Source: Lama glama
Taxonomy: Eukaryota
Assembly (NCBI GenBank): GCA_028534125.1
Contig: CM052816.1
Coordinates: forward strand, 69,318,001 to 69,382,000
DNA: 64,000 nucleotides
Direction: 5' to 3'
In this document: piece after piece, positions 13,191-26,321 of the stretch
Layout of the letters: each line of letters starts with the position of its first letter
How positions within the stretch are numbered: position 1 is the first letter of the stretch
Notes under the pieces: generated by a model
Told to the model about the DNA's origin: nothing
Seen by the model: only the letters and a program-made list of their open reading frames with translations
Databases searched by the model: none
Position numbers and translations under genes: made by a program

Positions 13191-15004
13191 CATATCCAAG
13201 CATCTCTGCTGGTAGCTCCACAGGCTCTAGCCTATGGGTCATTTCAGACTCCTCCCTGTCCCATATTCCACTCCTGTCAGCAAACAGCCCCTTCTGCCTC
13301 CTCCTCCCCACCCTGACAGACACTGCCTCAGTTGAGGATTTCACCCAGTCCTGCCTGAATCAATGCAAGAACTTCCCACCATGCCCCACCCTGAGCCACC
13401 CTTCACACCTGTCACCAGGACCTGTCCATCTCAAGGGCAGGCCTGACCACATCAATACCTGTTTGATCTTCTGTGATCATCTCCAGCAGCACATGAAAAT
13501 CACGCAAGGAGTTTTCTAAGAACACCAATGTCTAGGCCGCATATCCCTGACACTCAGATTCAACAGATCCAGGTTGAGGCCCCTGTACAGCTGCAACCAC
13601 TCCAAGGCTGACTGTAACAGGCAGCCAGGAGTTAGTCCCTGATTTCTGTACATATGGTTCCATCTGCCCCGAATGCCCTTCCCCACTCTGCCTACCAGGC
13701 AAACTTCCAATGGCTGCTCAAAACTCTGCTTAGGCTGAGGCTGGGAGAAGCCACTCCTGAACTCTCCCACCCACTCCCCATAGTTAACCAGGCCTCCTCT
13801 GTCCTACTTCACACCACAGCACGGGCCCATGACTGTATGTGTTATACTGTGTGGTGACAGCTAACTCACCTGTCAGGCTCCCTTGCTGACTTGAGCCCTG
13901 GGCATGCAGCGCCTCAGCTTTTATACACCTTAGCAAACCTATCCTAAAGCAGTCCCAAGACCAACCATGCACTTTCCACCCACATTCCTCCATAAGTCAA
14001 AATATGACCATCTTTCAAAGGGGAAACCAGTGCTACCACCCCAGCCTCTAACATAACCGATGACTCTCCATCCTCTGGACTCCCACACACTCTTAGTATC
14101 TAGGTACTAAATTAGGTCCACCTCCTATTTCAGTTGTCTGCGCACACATGCTCCTTCCCTCACGGAACCGAACCTTCCCTGAGGGCAGGTACCTCCTGCT
14201 CAACACCCACGCTCAATGCATTGTGCATCCAAGTTGTTCAGCAAGGTGATCGCACTCTCTGAATCATATGCTTTCGTTAAGCAAAAGGGACCCCAATAAA
14301 ATTATTATAACAAAAGCTTACCAAAGGGGAAAAGAAATGTATGCTATATAAGCTTAAACACCCAGAATCTATATAAAGTGAAATCACGAGGTATATAATA
14401 TTAACTTTGCTGACATTTCAAAAATAAAGCATTTTCAAACTTCCTCACCTCTCCCCAATGAATTCTGGAAAGTCACTTCGGAGATCCACATGTCTAAGAC
14501 TTTAAGCCACTCACATTAGTGACCCAGAAAACATACCCATAAAACATATCCAGATCCTATCTTTATTTCCTGCCCACTTTTAAACCCTGTTATCCATCAT
14601 CATAAATATAGAAAAACAAAAACATTCTATAAAGCACAAAGAAATCTATTTCAAAATCAACCAAGAAGTACTTACTGAATGCCTACTTCATTAATTCAAC
14701 AAGCGTTCATTAAGCACTCTGCACGTACATAACAGTGGAACTTCATACTAGAGGAACATAAAAACATGACCCCCACACCCTAACTGAGCAATGTATAATC
14801 TCTGGCACCCCAGTTAGCATTCTATTCAGCAATGATGACTTGGAAAAGGACTGGGACCAGTGCCCCAAGTGGGATAATCTAAGGAAGGGAACTTGATCTG
14901 AGGCTTGACTGCGTCTGCCTGTGCTGGGTGGGGGAGACGCAGACAAAATGCAGGAACCTGTCAATCTAAAATGATTAGACTCAAGTCCTGATGTACCCAT
15001 CCCA

Positions 15005-15385
15005 GTGACTTTGCTCTAGCTGTATCCTCGGCCTTGAAAAGCTCTCCCCGATACCTGTCTGGCTAACTCCCTCACCTGCTCCAGGCATCTGCTTAAATCT
15101 CACTTCAAGAGGCCTCAATGATCATCCTTTTTAATACAAACCTCCTTCTGCCCCCTGCCTCCCATGCCCACTTGTCCTGCTCCACTTTTATTTCTTCCAC
15201 TAAAGCATACCGTATGCCAACATACATTATAATTACTTACTGTGTGTTTTTCATTTCGTCTCCACCATGCTAGAATGTAAACCCCACAAGGGTGGTGATC
15301 TTTTTTTGACTACTGATGCAACCTTAGCATCTTTAACAGTGCCCGATCCATGACGGGTACTTACATACTTGTTGAATAAAATCAG
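15005..15385 (+). mobile_element. L2 3' fragment
   Basis: tagaatgtaaaccccac...aacagtgccc...ttgttgaataaa, the L2 3' terminus pattern. Confidence 0.7.
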
Positions 15386-18300
15386 GTTTATCTTTCAGAG
15401 GATCCTATGAATAAATCTAATGATTTTAGTTCTCCTCTCTATAACCACTGTCTCCTTATCTGCTAAATAACACAAAATTTCTTTAACAGAAAAGTCAAAT
15501 CACAGTGAGAGATACAAAGTTCTAAAAAAAGTGTAGAAAGGACATGTGGACTAAAACTCACTCATACTAAAGTATAACCAAGCTACAAACACAAGATCAA
15601 CAATTCAAGACTGTTTCTACTTCTGGAGAGGAGACAGCATTTAGAACTCAAAGTGAAGTTCAGTTTGCTGGAGGGAAAAAAGCCCATCAGATTTTCTCTC
15701 TTTGGTGGCCCTGTTAATTACAGCCAGGAAAGTGGCTCCAGTGGCCCCACAGCCTTGGCTTTGGAACCTCTGAGCACTCTCACCCAGACAGGAGGCCAGG
15801 CAGCCATCACTTGTACATGTGCAGCACCTGGTGGGGCAAGCCCTCGATACACATTTGCTGAACTGAACTAAAAGTGCATGTATTTTCTTTCAGGTCAACT
15901 GATAAGATTTTCACACTCCCAGATTATGTAGTCACATAAGAAGATAGAACGATACTGAAACCAGCCTGAAATAACATGTAAATGTTCACTGTATACTTAA
16001 GAGGTATTTTATTTTCAGTGCAGGAATGATGCTATTTTTAACAAGTCCACCAATAAAACGATACCTAGAAAATCACGAACCTCATATTTACAGATGAGGG
16101 AACTGAAGCTCAAAAACAGCAGAGCTTTGTGCAAGGATACAAGCAATGTGGAGGAGGGGAGAGGCTGACAAGAGAATTTACAGAGACTCCTTAATGTGAA
16201 CTGCAACAACTGGGAACTCCAATGACACCGACACTTACTCCTCTGTTACCACTTCTTCAGGTGTGCAGTACAGGACAGCCACATTACAATACAATACTCA
16301 ACTGCTATACCGATGACTCCATGGGGTTTTTACCTTTGCCTGCAATTCTGGCAGTATTAGGCCACCAGGAGGGATGACAAGATCACTGGGATGGTCTTTT
16401 AAAGGAAAGGCCTCCCATTTTAAAAGTACCTTTTTACTTTTCAAAATCAAGTATTGAGGGAGTAGCTACTAAGAACCATAACATTTAATAACTTGATGAC
16501 CTCACGAGGAAGTGTTCCCACTTTGTTAATGAGAAAACTGAGGCTGAGAAAGGTTAAAATAGCTTGCCCAAAGCTCCCCTCACATTAGCGCACTGGTCAT
16601 CCAGATGCCAGGCCCACAGCGATGAGATTGCCCGTGGGGCTGGAGGTAACTGAGCTCCCTGTCAGGCTCAGTCCAGCCCGTTCTCCCCTGTGCAGCCAGG
16701 GGGCTCTCAGCAACCTGGCCCACAGCTTCTCCTCCACTAGTCAGAAAACTCAGTGAGGATCTGAGTCCTGTCTGTCCCTCCTGCAGACATAAGTCTAGTC
16801 TGTGCTCTATCCGTGTGGGATGACAGATAGGACAGGTCTTCTGCGTACAGTCTCTCTAAAGAGAGCTAAGCATTACCGTGCTATTTGTGTGTGTGAGAGA
16901 GAATCATAAATAGATGGCAAATTAAATCCAACCTAGTATTGAACTTTGGTTTTAAAATACTTTGAGAGACAATACAGCAGATTTTTCTTCAGCCTGAAGA
17001 GAAGGAACATAGTTTAAGGGAAGTGTTGTGTTTGTAAGGGAACAGAACTTCTCGGTTGTCTGGATTCCACACAGTGTTTCGAAACCCAAAGATGACCAGA
17101 CAGGAGCCCATGCAGGTGATGCTTCTGAATAAAGAGGGAAGTTCAACTGAGTCCACGAATCCTCAGAAGACCGTGAGTGGGGGTGTGGGTCCCTGCCTCC
17201 TGTGGGTTCTGTGGTGATCAGCCTAATAGACTGGGCTTTCTGGTGTGACTGAGGGCTTCATGGATCAAAAAAGTCTGGAAAACCAATGACAGGGTGACGT
17301 GAGCAGTGTCCCCACCTGGGTCATGACCAAGACTGTCAGCAGCCAGTCACACTGACATTTCAACCAAGGAATTCAGTCATCTACATCAAAAGCCCAAAAG
17401 ATAACCTTGTTTTCACTAAGAAAATACAGATTGGGAGATTGGACCAAAGATTAAGGCTAGAACTGAAGTCTCCCTGAAAAGGAGTTGGGGTGGAAGCAGG
17501 GGAGAGGAGAAATGGGTCCAATTAAAGCAAAAAAGATGAATGACCTCGGTTTCTAGCCCAGAGATTTCAAAATAAGGATGAGTTTGTAAACAGCCCGCTT
17601 ATTAGACCTCTTCTCTGTATTCTGGCACCACCCTCTCAGGGCTATTTTTAGCCACAGGAGAACAGGGAGCAGAGAGGGACAGGCTCACAGTGGCCCAGCC
17701 TTACCTCGGGTGCCCTGCCGGGACTCGGCTATCTTTAATTACTGTCGGGGGGACACCAGACTGACCCTCCATGTGGTGAAACTCTATCCCAAAAGACTGG
17801 CTGACCCGCTCCTGGTGTACCATTCTGAGGTCCAGGGGCTGTTTCTGTTGAAAAGAAGGATCCGTCTGGAACATTTACAGAGGACAGAGAGGGAGAGCCT
17901 GCACGTTTAATTTACAAGTACACAAAACAGGATCGCCTGCTCATTTGTCTAGTTCTGCATCCCCACTTTACCCACTTAGACTACATTTTACCAACCAATC
18001 ACTTTTACATGATTTTACCTTTTCTCTGGAATACAGTTTTCCTTTAAGTGACTCCCTCTGGCTATCTTGTCCATATTCATGAACAAAGATGAGACCAACA
18101 TTTCTCACCATCTAACGTTACGGTCTCTCCCTTTCACAATATTCCCCGAGAGATAAGCCTAAAGCTTTTAAACAACCACAACTCACTAGCATCCAGAGTA
18201 AGCTTTATTAAATATTACAGATTAGTCATATCTATGGAAACAGAACTGAATATGCTAAGTGACTGATGGTGAAATATATTCTATGTACCACCCCGCACTC

Positions 18301-19114
18301 ACAAGGTCGACATTATAAAGGCGTGAAGAGGGAGAGGATAGAAGACTGGCATTTCAAGGAAAGAAAATCAAGACCACAGGGTTACAAAGCTCATCATCAC
18401 TGGCAGATCTGGGCAGGCTGGCTAGTCAGGGATCAATGAACTGCCCATGAACAAAGAATTTAAGGGACTCCTGTGACGACAAAGTAAAACAGGAAGAAAA
18501 TTTTAAAAGATTGTGAATTCCATCTTCTGTACTTCAGGCTACAGCAAACTGCCTTCTTCGTTCACTCAACTCCACTAACTGAAATAGGTCTGTTTATCTA
18601 AAACTCTATTGGTTGATGAAAAAAAAAATCAGAAATCTAGCATTCTCTTTTTGTTAAAGGAAACACATGGCTCTATTCACTTTTGCAGAAAGTACTTATA
18701 CCGAAACTATTGAGTTAAGCGATGGTTGCAGTACTAAGTACAGTCAGAAAAACGCCACTCAACCACATGAGAGCATTTGGGTTTTCACCCTCATTCTGGA
18801 GCTGATTCCTCACCAGCCTCAGATGTCCGTCCTAAAACCAGCAGTATTTACTGAATGGGACTGCAAAGCAGATGGACGTCTTCAGACTGCAGAAGTGTTA
18901 CTCATTGGTTGAGCGTCTGGTAAGTTGGGGAAAGAGGGATCTAGCAGGACCTATTTCCCCTCCTAGTTTTTATCATTAAGCCTATATGAAGAGGGGATGC
19001 GTGAGATGACTGGGGAAAAAAGAAAACTATCCGGGAAGCATGTGAAAAGATCATCAGTTTGCTGGAGAAACTGATGACAAGATTGACAGTTAAACTATGG
19101 CCAACAGCCCAACA

Positions 19115-19318
19115 CAGCACTGTCCAATAGAACCTTCGGTGGTGATGGAAATGTTCCCTACTTCTGTTGTCAAATATGGTAGCTGCTGGCTATAATGCAC
19201 ACGAAATATAGCTAAGCTAGTGTGACTAAAGAAACTAAATTTTAAGAGATTTTTATTTAACTAATTTAAATTTAAATAGTCACATGTGGCTTACAGACCC
19301 AGCATCCAACAGCACAGA
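19115..19318. mobile_element. hAT-Charlie MITE (MER3-like)
   Basis: cagcactgtccaatagaac...gatggaaatgttc...aatttaaatttaaatagtcacatgtggct. Confidence 0.75.
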
Positions 19319-20559
19319 GCCAGACGCTAGGAAAGCTGGCTGGTAACAGCATTCTCCTGGCTAAGAAAAGGCTCAGAGGAGCCTAATGTTTTTTGCCTTT
19401 TCCCCAGGAATTAAGGGAGGGGAAAAAAAAACTAATTAACTCCCCCTTTTTAACTGCTTTAGTAATTAAAAAGCACTTTCTAATCATTTCTGTCTCAACT
19501 GAATGTGGGTCTCTTAATAATACGATTTAGAATGTGTAAAATGCAGACGTGGTGAAACTGCTTTTCTCTTACTGTAAACAATGAAAACTTAGAGTTGAAA
19601 TAACCATTTTGAATTCTTAAAGTTCTCCAAGGTGAAATACAAACTTTGGACCAAACACAATAAAAGGCTGTTTAAATTGCTTAAAGATTTTCACTATCTT
19701 TTTTATCTTTTTTTTTTTTTTTTTTTTTGGTTCTCTTCTCAAGTCACAGTAAGGCCTCTGATACGATTATGCTTTCAGACTTTGGAGGAAAAAACAACCT
19801 GTAAACAAAATCCTCAAATGCTCAGAGTAAGAAAGATTCATTCCAACAGCAACCGTATAGTTTGGGGGGGGTGGGGTAGGTCGAGCTGCTCTTTACAACC
19901 ATAAGTTTTGAACATCTAGAACGTGCTCAAAAAGCTTTAGCCTGGCTAAAGCTCACCTGTATTCCTAAAAATGGCCAACACGAGCATCCTTGATAAACGC
20001 TGGTTGTAAACAAATGCCTTATGTGTTAGACACTATAGCTTTAAATAGGAGTTCGTCCTAAAGACATGTCATCTAGGGACACAAGCTCCCTGTACGTTAC
20101 ACACCAAGGCTACAGCAGAAACAAACTACGTTGACTATCAACTGGTGTTTTTTCTGAAGTTCCTAAAGATTATGTTTAGTGCCCTTGTATCGTTTAAACA
20201 ACATAAAATAGCATTGGCTTTAATGAGGGAAGTTTCTCAAATCCCAATAGGAGGCCATTCGAGTTCTAGGGTTAAAAAAATGAACTATGTACATGGTTTA
20301 ATAGGCTACAGAGACTACTGCTGTAAACTCAAAATAGATCATCAAGCAAATCCCACACCTTTTCTAATAAATAATTTCAAAGCTGAATGTGTGGTTTGAT
20401 GACAGTAAAACCAGTGAATGAACTGATGCCACCCTGTAATAGCCAGTCACCTGTGTGTGTCTGCAGGAGTCTGTACCTGGCTCCACCCTTTCAACCATTT
20501 ACTAACCATTTGCAAAAGCTCACAGCAACATGTAAAAAGGCAGTCAGCCTGGGTCCAGA

Positions 20560-21200
20560 CTGATGTAACACAATGAAATTTAAATGTAAGGTCCTGCATT
20601 AAAGGTTCAAAGAGCCAGTCCCACCAGCACCAGCCAAAACGTCAAGGATCATAGCAATTTTTGAAAAAAAAAAAAAAAAAAAGAGGACACAGGGAATATA
20701 GATGCAGGTTCAATGCAGCCTGACAGCAATAAGGCTGCCCAGATAGCTAATTCAATCTTACGCTGCACTTCCAAAATGCAAACTACTAAGACAGTTACCA
20801 CTCTCTACTAAAACTAGTACTGCAGGTGTCTGGGGTGAAGCGTTTTAGCAGGGGCAGTGCCACATTCAGAGTGTCTGAAGGAGCCCCCTTTGGTGAGTCA
20901 GAAGACTGTCACACTCTTGGAAGGAGAAGGAGAGCAGCAGAGGGGTAGGAAGCTGCTGTCTCCAAAGGTCTGAAGGGCTGACATGTTGGTGAGGAAGAGA
21001 CTTATTTTGTGTGGTTTCAGGGAACAGAAAGAGAATCAAAAGAGGCCTATTTCAGTTCAACACCAGGAATAACATGTCAAAGATCAGGACTGTTCATAAT
21101 GGGACTCTCCCATCTAGAAGGGCAGTGAGCACCCCACTGCCAAAGGCCAGACCTAATGGCCCAAGCAGGTTTCCACCACCTGACCAAGGCAGATTAGGTG
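20560..21200 (+). mobile_element. CR1/L3 LINE 3' remnant
   Basis: aaatgtaaggtcctgca, ctgtctccaaaggtctgaagggctg and gcagtgagcacccc resemble the L3 3' region. Confidence 0.6.
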
Positions 21201-22205
21201 ACTCCCTCTTCCCCCTCCCCCACACTGAACAGAAAGCTTTCGCAGGCAAGGCTGCGAAACTTCCCTAACTCCAGCCCCTGCCCATTCTCTCACTGGAGGC
21301 ATTCTATCAGAATGAAGGTTACTAGGTAAAGTTACTACGGCGTTACTGCTCTAATTTATAATATAAGAAAACAATCTGCAAATTTCAGTGCTTTAACGAA
21401 AGTCAGGGACAGTAACGCTACTACTAAAACAAGCTCTGACAGCTGGGCAGCTAACTCACTGGGATTCCACAAACGCTCTCTGACACAACACAGATTCTGT
21501 AGTTTCTATGCAGCCTCCTTACATCATTTTCCTAAATAATATTAATTTCAATCGGTCAATAGACTCCAAACTCAAACTGACTGAGCTGAAAGAAACTCAT
21601 TTTCTGAAAACTTTCTGTAATTAAGTCTTTTATCTCATTTCAGAAAGACTGCAAGAAAGAAGCCTGTGCAGGAGATTCCTAAGCTGCCCCCGCTAATACT
21701 CAGAGAACTGACCCTAATTCCTCTACCATTATAAGAACTGAGAGGTACGGTATGGAGGGGGAAAGCTGGACTTAGCTTTATCTGCAGATATCCAGTCTTC
21801 CCCACTATTTCCATGCTTCCAGAAGCCCATGGCTATGTGACACTGCAGTGTTCAAACAGATGCCTAACACGGTTTGGGTCCCCTTCTAATTCTACCCTAG
21901 ACGTAAGATTACAAACTCCAGAAGCTCATTACCTAACTATTCCAACTCTAAAACGACAGCACTGCCATCAAAAGTACTCTCAGAACCTGCTCTGAAGAGC
22001 ACTCACTTCCTGGAAATACTTTACGGAGGAAGCGACCTGCCCACAATCCAAGCGATGCTGGGGGCACGCCTAACTATCCACATCCCTGCTAGCTTCCCGA
22101 CCAGTAGGATATTAGTCTGAAACAGACAATGGTATTTCCGTCAAAGTCACCCTTTCAGCCTGAACAACACATTTCACACCATCTGCTCTGAAGGACAGGA
22201 CTTAC

Positions 22206-23838
22206 CTTTCTGAACGTGGATGATGTCAGGGAAGTTGGCCAGGTGCCCCTGATACAGTGCTAAAAGGTCCATGACTGGGTCCAGGTCCTGCCTGGGCTGC
22301 TCGGCGAAGAGCTCGCCGATGGCGTCATAGGCATCTCCGGTGAAGGCGATGGCCTGGTTCAGGCCAGCCGAGAAGGCCTGCTGGTCCAGCTCAAAGGCCT
22401 GGCTGAGGCCACGGAAGGACTGGCCCACCTTCTGATACTCCTTCTTGAAGCCCGTAACCTGCTTGCGCGCGAACTCGTTGGCAGTGTGGTTGAGCTGCAG
22501 CGCACTGTCGTCCATCTTCTTGGTGAAGCACTTGAAGCCGTCGATCTTGCTCTCCACTTCCTGCAGGTCAAGGGCGGCAGCGGGGGGCGTGCTCAGGGTC
22601 AGGAAGAAGTTGGCGCCAACCATCTCATCCTTCTCGGCCTTCCTCTTACCCTGTTTCCAGGCCTTCTCGTCCGTGCTGCTGGGGCACGTCAGGAAGTGCT
22701 GGAAGACGTCGCACTGCGCCAGCACAGGGTGGCTGGCCATGTGGTTCATCCACCAGATCAGGCCTTTTCTGCGCTTGGAGATGAAGTCCTCCTCGAAGCG
22801 GCCCGTGGCCTGCTTCTCGGGCAGGTGGGGTACCGAGATGACCGGGAACTTCTCAGCCAGGCGCGCGTACAACCAGTCGAAGTGTTTATAGCGCCGGTGC
22901 ACCGGCACCTGCGTGTGCGTGGGCACCAGCTTGTAGGAGATGTAGCTCTTCATGCCCTTGAACTTGGTCTGCTTGGTGGGGTCGTCAATGGTGCACTGGA
23001 AAGGGTAGGGGTTCTCCTGCCACTCAGGGCCATAGGGCCCCAGCACCACACACAGCTTATCTCCATCCTTCACGAAGCCCGATGCTTCGCCGAGCACGAA
23101 GGCCTCTCCGCCCGATTTGACGAAGGTGGAAAAGCGGTTGAGGTTACGGCTCACGGTGGCCGAGCTCTTGGCCCCAGACGGGTGGTGCTGCGGAGGCACT
23201 GAGCCGCCACGGGAGCCTAGCGACAGGTCGGAGCGTGTGGACAGGCGGTAGCGGCCCGCCGCGCCGACGCCCCCAGACGACGAGCCGTCGAGGTCCGGGT
23301 ACGTGCCGCTGCCCAGCGCACCCGGCTCGTCAGCCACCGTGGAGCTGTCGTCCCACTCGTCGTCCCAGTCATCGTCGCTGCCCTGGCTGGCCTGGTAGCC
23401 GCCGCCGTAGAGCTGCTGCGGCGACGGCTGCAGGGCGCCCCCGCCGTACGGGAAGCCCGCGCCTGGCGGATGGAAGGTGCTCGGCGGCGGCGCCTGCTGC
23501 GGCTGCAGCAGTGGCTGGAAGGCATCGGGCGGCGGCTTGAAGGAGGCGGGCGGCGCGGCGGGCAGGGGCTCGAAGCCTCCGGGGGGCACGTTGGCGTAGC
23601 GGGCCGGAGCGCCCGAGGCTCCCGGGCCGCCGTCGCCCGCCGGCCCGGGCTCGGGGGCGCGGATCACCTGAACGTACGAGGCTGGGAAGAGGCCGCGGTC
23701 CCCGCGACTGTTGACCCCCTCGAGCCAGCCCTCGATGTCCTGCTCACTGCACAGGCTCAGCACCTCGTGCTCCCGCAGAGAGATCTCGCCCGGGTTCTCC
23801 GATCTGAAGTCGTACAGAGCCCGGGCGCGCAGAGCCAT
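22206..23838 (-). CDS. SNX18: Sorting nexin-18, coding exon 1 (SH3, low-complexity region, PX, most of BAR)
   Basis: Translation [27 protein letters not shown]... (SH3), acidic [10 protein letters not shown] motif, PX motif [12 protein letters not shown]...PHLPEKQ, then BAR helices. ATG at 23838 is in strong Kozak context (accATGG). Donor AAG|GTAAG follows 22206 (phase 1). Confidence 0.97.
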
Positions 23839-24230
23839 GGTCCCGGCGCCCCGGCGGGCGGCCCCAGTCTCCTGGAGCCCCGAGCCCGGCGCCCGCCCGA
23901 GGGGCCCGCAGTGGTGCCCGCGCCCTGGAGCGCGGAGGGGAGCCCGGAAGGCGGCGAGTATTCCTGGGCTCCTGCTCGCCAGTCGCACCCTCCTCGCCGC
24001 TCCGCTTGCAGCGCCGACTGCCGCGCTGGGCCGCCGCCGCCGGCTAGGGGCGGGGCCCGCGGCCTCCCACGTCCCCAGCTGCGCTAATCCACGGCCGAGA
24101 GCGGCGCGCCAGGCGAGAGCAAGCGATGGCCGAGCCGCCGCACAGTCGCTGGGTGCGACTCCATGGCCGCCACTGCCTCCTCGTGGCCAGTGCGGTGCAA
24201 TGAGGCGCCGCGGTGAGAGCTGCTGGTGAA
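22250..24230. promoter_or_regulatory. SNX18: CpG island over SNX18 promoter and exon 1, with GC box GGGGCGGGGC at 24047-24056
   Basis: Very high GC and CpG density against CpG-depleted flanks; Sp/KLF consensus about 210 bp upstream of the ATG; no TATA box seen. Confidence 0.9.
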
Positions 24231-24639
24231 GGTTCCTATTCAGAAGTGAGTTGTCTTGAGAATTTTTTACGCTTTAAAGTTAAAAAACGTATGCTAGGAA
24301 GTATTTGCATTCCTGATAAACGTTCCCACTCTGAGCGTTCAGTGAATACTCCTAAACCCATGCGTCTAATAAAGGATTTTCAATGAGTATTAGCGATTGT
24401 GCTAAGAAGAAAGCCCTGTACCTGACGGAGCAGTTGCCTTTTCATCTTCTACCCACTGGAGCCTTTGGGTCAGAAGGGGAAGAGAATGGCAGGGCAAAGT
24501 AAGGAAGGTGCTGTGTTGGGCAAATTAAGAGGCTAAGGGTGTGGGAAGGGAGGCACTGGAGAATTGACACCAAAATAAGCGCAGAAGGAGCTAGCATTTT
24601 GTGTGTGCCCCTTCCCCTCCCTAAGACACATTAAGTGCA

Positions 24640-24850
24640 GTGAATGAGGGCTTAGCCTTCCGCGCTAGGCTTCCGGGTTCAATCTGACTTCTGATCATAC
24701 CTACCTGTATGACCTTAAGCAAGTTGCACTCTAGGGGTTGTTGTGGGGATGTAATAATAATATAAACCCTATTTACAAATGGAAAAATGAAACAGATTAA
24801 TAGGTGGCAGGCACTATACACATGGTGAGCACAGTTCAAGTGTTAACTGC
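24640..24850 (+). mobile_element. MIR SINE
   Basis: gggttcaatctgacttctg...tgtatgaccttaagcaagtt, MIR head and core. Confidence 0.65.
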
Positions 24851-26321
24851 CGCTGTTGGTGCTGTTTTTGTTGTTTTGGAAAGCAAAACCCGTCTCCTTC
24901 ATAAAGGGAGGAGGGATCCTGAAATCACAATCCCAGGGTATATGCCCCAGGGAGGGTCCCAGTGTTCACACCCTTGCTCCTAGTCTGAGATTGGTGACCA
25001 TCCCTCTCCATTCATCTCTGTCTCACCATATTTATATTATTTTAAAGATAAGATGATAAAAAAATCACTTCCTGAAATATTAATCAACTCCAATCTCCTA
25101 GAGTTGCCTTATTTCACCTCTTCTTTTCCTTTGGTGTATATTATGCCTAAAGCTTTTTCTTCTCAGAATCCCCTCTTACTAAGTCTAGCCTAATTATTCC
25201 TTTGAAGACAACTCTAATTGGGTGTTAGCATTCATATGTCATTAATTTCATCCTGTCCTCTGACCCTTTTCAAGCAAATCTGGGAAACAAGCCAGAAGAG
25301 TATACAATTATTCTAAGAGCTGTGGTATTCTAAGCGTCCTGCACAAAACCACCAACCCAGTATACCAGAATTACTCCCACAGTGTTTATCCTTAATGCAG
25401 AACGTTAATTCAATTCAGTAAGCAAATTCTGAATTACACCATTTTTAGCTGAAAATTTTGGTTTAAGACCATTCTCACAGTATGCAACAGAGGTCATTGA
25501 ATTTCAGTGTCACCAATTTATGTAGTCAGAAACATGAAGTCAACATTTATGAAACATCTAGAATATAATTTATTTTACTTATTAACTCCTGAAAAGCTAA
25601 CCTAGAATATTTAAGATAAATACATTTAGTTTTACTCATACTATTCATCAGGTAGTTACTTTTTAGTTTAAAGAGTTAACCTAGCACGAGTTAAATTAGC
25701 ATGAATCTCGCAATGCTTCAGGCTTTGAAATAGGGAGACAGAAAATCTATTTCAGTTGAGAAAATTCCATGATTTTGAGGGGAAGGCATTTACAGACAGG
25801 TTGGGATGCTCTGTAGAGCAGTGGCTGAGGACCTGTTGGGTGTCGTAGGTTATTGGCAGCACCAGTGCACAAGCAAGTGCCCAGGCTTAATGAAGGATGG
25901 AGACATGGGGCCTGGTGCTATGGCATCCTAGTGGCAGGAAAGACCCTACTCCTTAAGAGTCTTCGATATCTAGAAAATATGTTCCAGTATTAGAAACGTA
26001 ACTGTTCACTCAGGGAAGTAAATACAGTGATACATTTTTTCAAGATTTCTCTAGAAAATGGAGCGTATTATTCATAAATCAGTTTACAGACTCCTCATTA
26101 TAACCATCAACTATTTCTATTTCACTATGCTTTTGTGAAAACAAGCCATTAGGGAACACTAAATGTCTCGAAACAACTGTATTTTCACTTCTCCCCTTAG
26201 TCTGAGAGGCCTTAGGTGGCCAGGCCTCTGCCTCTCTTTCCATGCCTCTCTTCCAATAGCAAGAAACCACAGTGGTTTCTTTGCTATTTCTGGAACAAGA
26301 CAAGCACATTTGTGCCTTGGG

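Larger units (their letters stand above)
1216..22205 (-). other. SNX18: SNX18 intron 1 (20,990 bp, GT-AG)
   Basis: Canonical GTAAG donor and CAG acceptor that preserve the reading frame. Confidence 0.93.

Noticed and set aside
22174..23988. The 604-aa ORF as the real SNX18 protein
   Set aside because: It starts at GTG 50 codons before the Kozak ATG and runs through the splice donor; the spliced two-exon model fits better.
23981..24160. 10-bp inverted repeat agtcgcaccc / gggtgcgact around the SNX18 promoter
   Set aside because: Short, widely spaced and plausible by chance in a CpG island.
22445..24229. Long antisense and alternative-frame ORFs over SNX18 exon 1 (148-238 aa)
   Set aside because: Expected shadow ORFs of a GC-rich coding exon; no recognisable domains.
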